DNA of 64,000 nt from Selaginella moellendorffii (taxonomy: Eukaryota; Plantae; Lycopodiophyta): assembly GCF_000143415.4 (NCBI RefSeq), contig NW_003314269.1, positions 1,991,544 to 2,055,543 on the forward strand, given 5' to 3'. The notes beneath the pieces were generated by a model. It did not search any database and was not told the DNA's origin. It worked only from the letters and a program-made list of their open reading frames with translations. Made by a program: the position numbers and the translations under genes. Positions 23,855-33,987 of this stretch are shown here, piece by piece; positions within the stretch are counted from its first letter, which is position 1, and every line of letters starts with the position of its first letter.

Positions 23855-26077
23855 TGTCGCGAATGTGACTTTGGGTATCGAAAGTTACCTGTTAGCCAGT
23901 CCTTATGGACACTCTTACCTTACTGCCATGATGGTAGGAGGTCGGTATTGTTGAACCCTTTATCAGTCCCTCTTGTGCTAGTGGAGTTAACTGGGCATTT
24001 CGAATGTACTTAGACTGGACGAGCATAAGGACGGAATTCCTATGTGTTATTAGCTAAGCATACTTAGCCTGCTAAGGAGTTCCCATCTCGTTATGTCTTG
24101 CACTGGCTAGTGACAAGAACCCTTGCGTATTGAGATTGGTCCCTCAATATCGCTGGATGATAGCTTACCGTGTCTGCCAAACACCCTCGCTATCATGCCC
24201 TTTGTGTTAGTCTCATTTCGGACCCAAATGCTATTTATGGAAAGTGTCTAGATTCGCTCATTTGGCATATTTACGGAATGTAGAGATCGGCCTGAACACA
24301 ATGGTGTTCGTTCCATGTCTAAATTCGCAATTTAGAAAGTTTCAGACTTGTCCTAGAGACTAACTCCTGATACTAAAGGAGGCTTGGGGTGAAAGCCCAA
24401 AGCATATGTTTCTCAAGGGGGGGGAAGGGGGGTTCCAAATGTATAGTAGGGATAGTGGGTAGGTCGGGCATGGCTGACCAACCTAAGGCATAGTTTAGCT
24501 CCCACTTGCATGTCTGTCTTTGTTCTGCGTCCGGCTTGGGTCGAAGCCCAAGTTCCATTCCATGCTAGCTGGTGGAGTACCTATGTCCTCGCTTTAAGGA
24601 ACTAACTCTCCAAGGTGTCGTAGGCTAAAGGATCCCCAAAAGCAAGACCAAAATGACAAAGAGTTCATCGGATGGGACCGAGTCGAAGATCGAGTCCAAG
24701 ACCGACTCTGAGACCGAGTTCGAGATAGAGTCCAGGATCGAGTCCGAGGCCGAATCAGAGACTGAGTTCGAGACCGAGTTCAAGACAGAGTCCGAGATCC
24801 AAATCAAGTCCGAGACTGAGTCCAAGGTTGAGTCTGAAGTCGAGTCCGAGATCAGGTCCGAGATCGAGTCCGAGATCGAGTCTGAGACTGAGTCCAAAGT
24901 TGGGTCCGAGATCAAATCCGAGATCGAGACTGAGTCCGAGTACTAATACGGGTCAAGGGGTGAAAGCCCAAAGCGTGCATCTCCCAGGGGGGGGGGGGGG
25001 GGGGGATATAGGGGGTTCCAAAAGTATAGTAGGGATAGTGAGGTCTAGGAACCAGTCTTGAAGGAACTCTCCAGTGGTGCTTCCAAATTGACTTGAGGTT
25101 GAGACTGGGGTTGAGGGGCCTTAGGTGGGAGTGAGTAAGGACTTAGGTGGTGCCGGAGGGGCCACCCCAGGAAGTGCTCAAGAGCAGCTCCCACTCCCGA
25201 AAGGGAAACCGACTGTGGTGCTCCCGGCTCATGTGAAGTGGTGCCCCACTTGAGTACCATGTGGCTCATTGGTCCTCGCCCTTCCTAGGGGCTTGGGCCA
25301 TCCTTCGGGATGGAAGTGGGGGGGTAGAGGTACCCATACCAAGCCGTTAGACCATGGTGTTTCGCCCTAGCATCCCGAAGCAAGTGTTGCACCCAAAACT
25401 TGGGATTTAGAGGGTCCCATGATCAAGTCTTGTGGTACCAAGGGGTGTTAAGAACCTGGAGGCTTGGTGTGCTTGGCTGCTTGTGCCTGCGGGGAGTGTA
25501 GCTGAACCTTAATTCCAATCTAACCCGGGGAGGGGGATTGGGAGAGATTTAGGAATCCGTGGATGGATGGTTAACGCTCCGTTGCTCGTGTAGTGAGTAG
25601 CTGAAACCAAGTAGGACCAAGTAGTAGTTGGTACCATAGGCAGGAACCTTGGTGAGGGAACTTAGCAAAAGCCAAGGCAGTGTTACACAGATAGACGAGG
25701 TAAGTTGGCAAATTGGAAAGGAAAAATTTGTGGCTTACACTCGCGTCAGGCCACCGGTATGCCGAAATAGCGCCAAACTCCATTTGGCTCCGTTTTGCAT
25801 GCTGGTCCTAGCATTGGGATGCTGGTTACTCTAAAATTGTTCCAAGTCGCTCCGGGCTCCCATCCCTTCGCTCCTTGGGCTATATGCTCGGGAGTCGTTC
25901 AGTGCTCCAATGCTAATGCTCTTTGGCTCCATGCTTGGGAGTTTGGCACCGTTCTTTCGTTCAGTGGCCCAAGGCCCTGAACCTCGGGTTCCTATGGCAT
26001 GTGTCTAGGTTCCGCTTCGTGGTGTTATCCTATGGTAAATCACCATAGGATAAAGGGTAAAAACTATGTGCGCTACA
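23855..26077 (+). mobile_element. Solo LTR (family C, related to B), 2223 bp, inserted in the RT of gypsy copy 2
   Basis: TGTCGCG...CGCTACA termini. Flanks AAACT/AAATC can both derive from AAACC, which restores the RT motif TPFGLYEF. Contains a GAGTCC-GAGATC array (24676-24941), a long G run and the GGGTGAAAGCCCAAAGC motif shared with family B. Confidence 0.85.
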
Positions 26078-27341
26078 AAATCAAATGGTGTACGAAAAGC
26101 AATCTTAGGAATATTTTCTTCAGCCATCGGTACTTGCCAGTACCCAGAAGCAAGATCTAGCTTGGTGAACTAACGACTTTGCCCCAGACGATCCAAGAGA
26201 TCAGTAGTGTGAGGAAGAGGGTACACATTTGGGATCGTCATTTTGTTTAATGGACGATAGTTGATGCAAAAATGAATACTCCCATCAGGCTTCGTCATAA
26301 GATAAGGCTCACATGCCCAAAGACTCCCCGACTTCCGAATAACACCCTTCTCCAACATCTCCTTGACATTTGCACGTAAAATTCGGATCTCCTTGGGTGA
26401 CTGACAACGAATGAGAATCTTAATTAGACGAGCATCCCCGGTTGGAATTGGATGACGTGTGGCAATCTTGGCCCCAGATGATAGGTTAAATTCAAAGAGA
26501 TCAGAATACTCCTTCATGAGCTGGTCCATTGCTGCAACACAAAGATCATGCACAAGTTCGACAAGATCTTGACGAAGTGTTGGCCACAACATTTCTAGTT
26601 TGATCCGCTCCGACATATTGAGCTCCGCACGAAGCAAAAGACTTCGGAAACGAATGCCAAATTGCATCACCGACTCAGATGGCCCTTGGCGAAGACAATG
26701 CAATTGTTGGAAGGCATCATCACAGTCGTCGGCATGTCTGAAGGCGTGTTTGAAGATGTCCGGGAGAACACTCCAATCCCCACAAGTGGTGGTGCTCAGA
26801 CCATTGTACCATTGCAACGCCATCCCTTGGAGACACGTGGGAAACTCACGCAAACGTCAAGCATCATCCCAAGAATGATATGTGGTAATCATCGTGAAGT
26901 GATCGAACCAATGGTACACATCATCCCCAGGATTCCCGCGAAAAAACTCCGGCCGAACGCGAGGATTAGCACCAAGAGCCGGAGGAGTTGTACCATGTGC
27001 TGTGAATATTGCCATCAACTGAGTTTGGTTGTTCAATTGCAAATGCATAGCATTAAGCAATTGTACCAACTGCTGCTCCAGAGTCAAAGGAGGAGATTGT
27101 TGATCTGTCATGAAGACGGACGAAGAAAGAGCAAAAGAAGAGAAACGACAAAAAGTGAGAAGGAAATAGAAGATCTAAACAATGCAAAAAGCTAAATCTA
27201 AACCAAAATCCTGAAAGGGAAGAACAAAAGAAAGGGAATGGAAAAAGTTAGATTTAGACGATACAAAAGTTAGATCTAAACCAAAATCCCAAATCCAAAC
27301 ACTCTTTAGGGACAATTAAAAGTGCCCCTCAACTCCACCAA

Positions 27342-27538
27342 TGTGAGTGCATGGAATATGGAAAGGGAATATAGAAATTTGCATATCACAATATGAATGC
27401 ATGGAATATGGAAAGGGAATACAGAAATTTGCATATCACAATATGAGTGCATGGAATATGGAAAGGGAATATAGAAATTTGCATATCACAATATGAGTGC
27501 ATAGAATATGGAAAGGGAATACAGAAATGTACATATCA
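27342..27538. repeat. 50-bp tandem repeat, 4 copies, in the 5' LTR of gypsy copy 2
   Basis: Unit TRTGARTGCATGGAATATGGAAAGGGAATAYAGAAATKTGCATATCACAA at 27342, 27392, 27442 and 27492. Only 2 copies in the other LTR (21208, 21258). Confidence 0.95.
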
Positions 27539-27803
27539 ATTAGCCCAAAAACCCTAACTTATATACAGGAGCGAGTGGTCCGGATTAAAATTAATCTAAT
27601 GGCTACCAAAATCTCACTATGCTAATATTAATATACGGCATCATATCTGTACATTGTATTTGAAAAACTAAAACCCTAAAGTTCAATCTAAATGATGCTT
27701 AAGAATATACTTGAGAATCACTCTGCTTCTAGTAAGCCCTAATGGGTTTTCTCTCCTCCTTCACATGAGCAAGAGGAAGAAGAAATCCGAGCAGTGCGAG
27801 GCA

Positions 27804-29383
27804 ATGGATGCGTCCTCTTCGATCGCGAGGCAGAGCTGGGAGCTGGAGAACAACATCGTCCCCATGGAGCACGCCGCGTCCGGGTCTTCGTCGCCTTCGC
27901 GCCTAGGTACGTCCTCTTCGGCCCCGGCGGCCGCGGCGGTGGATAGCTGCGATAGCATCTACGCCTACGACGAGGCGGCGCAGAGCGCGATCCAGCAGCA
28001 AAAGCCCTGGACTCGCGATCCTCACTACTTCAAGAACGTCAAGATCTCGGCCCTGGCGCTGCTCAAGATGGTTGTCCACGCCAGGTCTGGAGGTACCTTG
28101 GAGGTGATGGGAATCATGCAAGGCAAGATCGAGGGTGATACTTTCATCGTCATGGACGCCTTTGCTCTTCCCGTGGAGGGAACCGAGACGAGGGTGAATG
28201 CCCAGGCCGATGCTTACGAGTACATGGTGGATTACGTACAGACCAACAAGCAGGTACTCACGTTAGATCCTTTTTTCTCTTTCGTTTAGCTGTTCTTTCT
28301 AGTTCTTGTTCTTTCTTGTGTTCTTAGATAGTTCTTCTCATTTTCAGAAGTTCTTTTTGTGAGTTCTAGCTTCTAGATCCTGCGGCCATCTCTTCTAGGT
28401 GGTTTCTTTGGTTTCTTTTCTAGATTCTGACCGCCTTCTTCTTCACAGATTGGGAGACTGGAGAATGTTGTTGGCTGGTACCACTCGCATCCTGGCTATG
28501 GCTGCTGGCTCTCTGGCATTGATGTCACCACGCAAGTTCTCAACCAGCAGTACCAGGAGCCGTTCCTGGCTGTTGTCATCGATCCCACCAGGACTGTCTC
28601 GGCTGGTAAAGTGGAGATTGGTGCGTTTAGGACTTATCCTCAGGGATACAAGCCTCCGGACGAGCCGGCGTCCGAGTACCAGACCATTCCTCTGAACAAG
28701 ATCGAGGATTTCGGCGTCCACTGCAAACAGGTATAATCTTTGTTTCTTCTATGTCTGAGTCGCAACAACACTGATTCGTTTTTCTTTTGTTGGTGCAGTA
28801 CTACCCTCTGGACATCACGTATTTCAAGTCTTCATTGGACTCACACTTGCTGGACTTGCTGTGGAACAAATACTGGCTGAACACTCTCTCGTCGTCGCCA
28901 CTTTTGGGCAGTCGAGACTATGTGGCCGGACAGATCTCTGACCTTGGCAAGTAGTCTTACTGTCGTTTTATATTTTCTCAACGAGTTCTACTCATGCAGC
29001 GGAGAAGCTAGAGCAGACTGAAACGCAACTGGCTCACTCTGGTCGAATGGGAGGCTTCTTCATGCCTTCACAGAAAAAGAAAGAGGTGAGTTTGTTCGTC
29101 GAGACTAAGAAGAGACTAGAATCGACAATCTATGTGTGCTTTTACCAGGAGGAATCCCAGCTCGCCAAGATCACCAAGGACAGCTCGAAGATCACCGTCG
29201 AGCAAGTTCACGGGTTGATGTCTCAGGTAGGACGAGGCCACAGAAAACTCTGGATTTTCTATGCTCAACTTTCTTGCGTTCCTCTTCCAGGTGATCAAGG
29301 ACATCTTGTTTAACTCGGTGACACCAGTGGCGACGGCGCCGTCGTTCGACTCGTCTGGCCCGGAGCCAATGGCCGAAGCTTGA
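27804..29383 (+). CDS. CSN5: COP9 signalosome subunit 5 (JAB1/MPN metalloprotease), multi-exon
   Basis: [43 protein letters not shown] motif [48 protein letters not shown]. Confidence 0.97.
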
Positions 29384-29680
29384 TCCATATGTTTTCTCTT
29401 TTTTTGAATTTTCGAATATGCGAAAAATATCCTTTTAGTCTTTTACCCATTTCATAGAGCATACTTTTAGGGCTTCGGGGAGTAGACCCAGGTGAGAGCT
29501 TTGGCGCGTGTATTTCTCAAGTTTCTAGCTATGGGTCTTGGATTCTAGGAGCTCCTTCTTTGTTTCTTAGAACTTTCGAGCATTGCGATGTTTACTGCTA
29601 AAGACTAGATCGTTTCTATGCTTGGGTTGTAATTTTGTCTTTCCAATCTCCTTCCAGGAGGATCATCCGGAAGAAAAACC

Positions 29681-30052
29681 ATGTCCACCTCGTATGCGGA
29701 CCTCCGCAAGATGAACAAGGCAGTCAAGTTTGCGCTGCCGAGGATCTACGGCGTGGGCAGGAGGAAAGCCGCGGAGATCTGCGCGGTGTTTGGCATCGGT
29801 GACGATGTCAAGATGAACAGCGTCCCGGACGAGCTCTTCAACCGGATGATGAACTACATCCACGAGAACCACTTGGTGGAGAAGGAGCTGGCGCTGTCCG
29901 TCCAGATGGATATCAAGCGGCTCATTAGCATCGGCTCGTACCGCGGCTACCGCCACACGGTGGGCTTGCCGCTCCGGGGCCAGCGCACGCACACAAACGC
30001 CATGTCCGCGCGGATCACCGAGCTCGAGAAGCTCAAGAAGATCTTGAGATGA
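29681..30052 (+). CDS. RPS13: Ribosomal protein uS13, mitochondrial type, nuclear encoded; 5'UTR intron 29491-29657
   Basis: ALPRIYGVG and DIKRLISIGSYRGYRHTVGLPLRGQRTHTNA. The RGQRTHTNA motif matches mitochondrial/alphaproteobacterial S13 rather than cytosolic S18. Confidence 0.88.
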   Translation: MSTSYADLRKMNKAVKFALPRIYGVGRRKAAEICAVFGIGDDVKMNSVPDELFNRMMNYIHENHLVEKELALSVQMDIKRLISIGSYRGYRHTVGLPLRGQRTHTNAMSARITELEKLKKILR

Positions 30053-30107
30053 AACGAAAGTTTTTTTTTTTCATCAGCTCAAAGAGTTCACGTTGACACA
30101 ACTTCTT

Positions 30108-30580
30108 CTAAACGAACAAGGACACTAGTAGTATCCATGTCGTGCTAGCGACAACCATGGTTTGCGAAGAGCTACTTTTTGGTGGTGGAGCTCCATTCAG
30201 CAACTCTGGAGAAATAGAAAGCAATGCATAAGATTCCTGGGTGATTTTTACGATCGATCCATACCTGGGCATTTGGAAGCATTGGCATCCACACTGCAAA
30301 TCACCGGTAGAGCGAGCAAAGTGGTGATGTTGAGGCCCGAGACGTAGGAAGAGCCTCCATCGCTGATGAGCTCGCACAGGCAAACCGGGTCGCCAGCTCG
30401 GATAGTCTTGAGCGCGCCGCAACAGTCCGAGGTGGGACTGCTGGCCTTACCCGTGACGTAAGGCAAGCACGACTGGAGAGTGAGGAGCTTGCTCTTGCAC
30501 GGCTCTTGGATCTCCGCCTCTATCAACCATACTGCTCCAAGCAAGACGAGAAAGATCAGAAGAGAGCGAACAGGGAGCAT
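30108..30580 (-). CDS. GPI-anchored non-specific lipid transfer protein (LTPG); exons 30580-30265 and 30205-30108
   Basis: Signal peptide, 8-Cys motif (C..C..CC..CLC..C..C), and a Pro/Ser linker followed by a hydrophobic C-terminus. Confidence 0.9.
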
Positions 30581-30931
30581 AGCTACAAGTGAAGAACGGC
30601 AACGTACGAGGTGTTTCACAGCCTGGTTGAACATATAAAAGTTTGATGCTCCGGATTCTGGAAGGCTTTTCGTGATCGAGCACGGGAGCCTTGTCAGTGA
30701 AAGAAAAGCAAAAGCAAGCTAACCATATAAAAGACGAGAACCAAAAGGAACTTGACGAAATGGTTCAAGAAACATCCAATACCCTGAGATGAAAACACAA
30801 TGTTCGGAAAACAATAAAGGAAAAACTTTATATTTTATACCTGCCGGAAGTTATGGTCGACTTTGGTCCTGTGATCTAAAACTTTAGAAGAGAAGAAATA
30901 AAAGTAAACGAAGAAGTACCTGTGTGTGGAG

Positions 30932-33596
30932 TCAAGCAACCGAGTGCTGCCTCGAGTGCTTTTTGTGGTGGTGTTGCTGGTGACGCTGGTGCCGTTGCTT
31001 CATCAGCTCGCCATCGTCCCAGCTGGACTTCTTTTGCTGCTTCATCACCGCCGGAGAGTTCGAGTTTTTGGTGGCGGTGCTGTTCTCTTGTGTGTCCAGA
31101 GGAGGAATGGGAATGCAGCCGGTCGGCGTCGACGGTGGCGCTGGAGCTCCGCCTGATACGCAGTACGGCAGCTCGGTGAAGCTGCTGGCCGGAAAGCTCC
31201 TACTGGCAGCTTGGCAAATTCCCATCTTTTGGAACACTCGTGCGACTCTGGCAACTCCCTTGCTACTGCCACCGCCGCCACCTCTGGGGCCTCTGAGCCT
31301 CTGGAAGAACTTCCTCTTCCAGTTCTTGCTGCTGCTGCTACTGCTGCTCTTTTGCGATCGCTGTGAACTACTCGCGCTGCTGCTCCTACAGCTGCTTGCG
31401 TTGTCCTGGACCTGGTGTTGATCGTTGCGGGTGTTTTTCACCACCTCTTTGTCGTTGCAAGCGAATAAGTCACTCAGCCTAGTTGCCGACGACTCGCGCA
31501 AGCTCTTCCTCATCTGAGCCATCGCTTCTTCCAGGCCCTGCAGCCTCGTGTTGGTCTCTAAGAGGCCTTCGATGACAACCTTTTCGGAAAAATGGTTAAG
31601 TCGCATTTGCTGCTGCTGCTGCTGGATTGGAGAGGGGCTGCGGTGTAATCCTCCCCCTGGTCGCAGGTGACTGTTGATAGCATTGCGGGTCTGGAGCTGC
31701 TGCATAAACATAGCTTGGATTATCGTCCGGAGTGGCATCAGCTCGTTCTGGACGGCCTGAATGCACGATTCCTGTGACAGCTTCAGGCAGTTTAGAGCTC
31801 GGCAGACTGCTGCTCGTTCATGCTGGGACGCATCAACGTGTGCCTGTAAACGAAAACCCCATGAAACAACGAAGTCGACCAAGAAAACACGAGCATACCT
31901 TTAAGAACGTATGAATAGCCTTGTAAAGTTGATCGTGGTTGGCGCGAGCATAGGCAGGGACAACTTCCACCAGCTCGGAGAACTTCTGAGGAGAGATCTT
32001 CCCGTCGCATGCAATCTCCGAGAGATACTGGTCCCAAACCTGTGCGACCGAGCTCACCGTTTGCTGCTGCTGGATAGCATTCGGAGAACCGCTCGAGCCG
32101 CGGCAGAGAAGCTGGTGCTCGCTGTTGGCGCTCAGAATGTTACGCTGCTGCTGAGTGAGAAACCGAGCTACGATCGCCTTCATGCTGTCCAGCTCCAAGT
32201 TCCTCTCACAGTTCTCTTTCGTGGGCGACTTGAACGGCAGTAGAAAGTCGTCGAGTGTAGCATTCTCCAGCTGCAGGGAGATCCTCGTTTCGATCTGAGA
32301 CTTGCATTCGGAGCTCGCATCCATCGCAAAGGCATACCGGAGGAGCAGAAAGAGGAAGCTGACCGGAAGTGCTGTCCGCTCGTAAGGAAGTATCCCAGCC
32401 AAGGCTTCCAAAAGTCCCAGCTTCTCTAAGGCCGTAGTACTCCCAGCCGGCGAGCTCGTGTGAGTTACTCTCGGCTTGCAGCTAAGTTGGAGATCCGGAG
32501 ATACGTTCACCCTCGACTCTTCCTCGTGATCCTGCTCGCAGGACGAAGAATACGAGCACGTCCTCGAGCTCGCCAGTTCCATGCCATCGTCGTTGGAAAC
32601 TATCCTCTCCAGCGCAAAATCCAAGCACCGTTCAGCACAATCCGGATCAGCTGCCACACCATCGAGCGAGGACGTAAGCGATGAAACCGTCGAAGGCGAC
32701 TTGGTGAGAGTTAGCGGCTGGTCATTCTTGTCGTCGTTCTCGCCGCTGGTGTTACTGCTGCTGCTAAAGAGCCACATCTCCGTCCACTTGACAATGAGCT
32801 CGCCAACGAACCTCTCGCAGACTCCTTTGCTTCTCAAGCATCTCACCATCCTCCCGAAGAAAACAGGTGGCATTCGCACTATATCCTCCAGCCACCAAGT
32901 CCTATCATCGTCGCCACCATCACTGGTGTTGCTGCTGCCGATGGTGGTGACGATCAACGTCGCAAGAGCCTCTAAGCACTTTCCGACGATTCCCAGTTCC
33001 TCGGCCAGCGGAAGCAACGCGTTGTAGCAGTCGGCGAGGACGAGCAGCGTGTGAGGCCAGCTTCGCAGCACGACGCGGACGAGGTAGGAGTCGGCTTTGC
33101 TGCTCAAGTTTGACGTGCTGCGCCGCTCGTCCATGCCAAGGAACTCGGCGGCACACCGCAGCGCAGCGACGTTCCAGGGCCTCATCACCGGCACTCGCGA
33201 GTCGAAGCAGAAGCTCACCACCGCATCCAGCGCCGCGGCGCCGCCTGGGAAGCCCGGCGGTAGCAAATGCTCGTCTTGGTCGATCGTGTCTAGCACGCGC
33301 TCGAAGTAAGAGCTCCGGCGGACGAGCAAGCACTGCATGGCAACGTGAGGAAAAACAAAATCAGTACTTCAACAAGGGATGGCCACGAAAGGAAGATGAA
33401 AAGCGAAGCTTTCATACCTTGTGGATCCGCCATCTATAGTTTGCAATCCCGATGGTCACACTCGAGTCCTTTCTATTGCACCTAAGAAGAGCTAGGAAAA
33501 AAATAAACCATTTGAAGCTTACCATGGACAATGCCCGACGAGCAACGCTGGGCTGGGATGAGACATTGCCGGCTTCTCCTCGTCGTTGTCACGCAT
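30932..33596 (-). CDS. BTB/POZ plus NPH3-domain (NRL family) protein, multi-exon
   Basis: WRIHK|CLLVRRS, FPGGAAALDAVVSFC, NVAALRCAAEFLGM, WWLEDI, QLENATLDDFL, HDQLYKAIHTFLKAH, LNCLKLSQE, AVQNELMPLR, then a coiled coil. Start codon inferred from splicing. Confidence 0.9.
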
Positions 33597-33987
33597 TGCA
33601 AAGCTTTGCTAGAAAACTAAAAGAAAGGAATTTAGCTGCGAGCGTAGAGAGCAGGCAACACTACCTGGAAAATGGAACCCGGTTGTTGCTATCCTTGCAA
33701 ATCAATCCCCACAATCATGGCACGAATCAAGGAACTCGTTTGGTGAAAATCCATCCAAAACTTCGCTCGCTGCCATGCGGCCCATGCCTTCCTTCTTTTT
33801 CTTCTTCTTTGCATTCGATTTCCCTTGTGATCCCGGGCAAATGCACCAAGCGCCGTCGAGATCGCAGCCATACCGGGCAAATGCCGCAAGCGCCGTCAAG
33901 ATCGCCGCCATTCCACCACCAGCGCCACAGATCTAGAGCCTGGAACTCATAAACCCTAGCTCTCAAAGCTCATATTACCGCCAAATT

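Larger units (their letters stand above)
21208..27655 (-). mobile_element. Ty3/gypsy LTR retrotransposon (family A, copy 2), defective: internal gag-to-RT deletion and a nested solo LTR
   Basis: 3' LTR 21208-21432 (TG...CA) preceded by PPT AAGAGGAGGGGATGA. 5' LTR 27342-~27655 with PBS TGGTGGAGTTGAGGGG. gag starts at 27111 (MTDQQSPP). RT FCINYRPLN and DFIDDVLIHS; RNase H; integrase HNSLVLGGH, CVWC, AFDLMGPF, SAYHPQSN, VER; GPY motif; no chromodomain. Confidence 0.92.

Noticed and set aside
23855-26077. Retrozyme or hammerhead ribozyme in the solo LTRs
   Set aside because: No CTGANGA...GAAA core with compatible stems found by eye on either strand. An Infernal scan would be the definitive test.
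27342-27538. CRISPR-like array
   Set aside because: The units are contiguous 50-bp tandem copies with no unique spacers, lie inside an LTR in a eukaryotic genome, and have no cas genes nearby.
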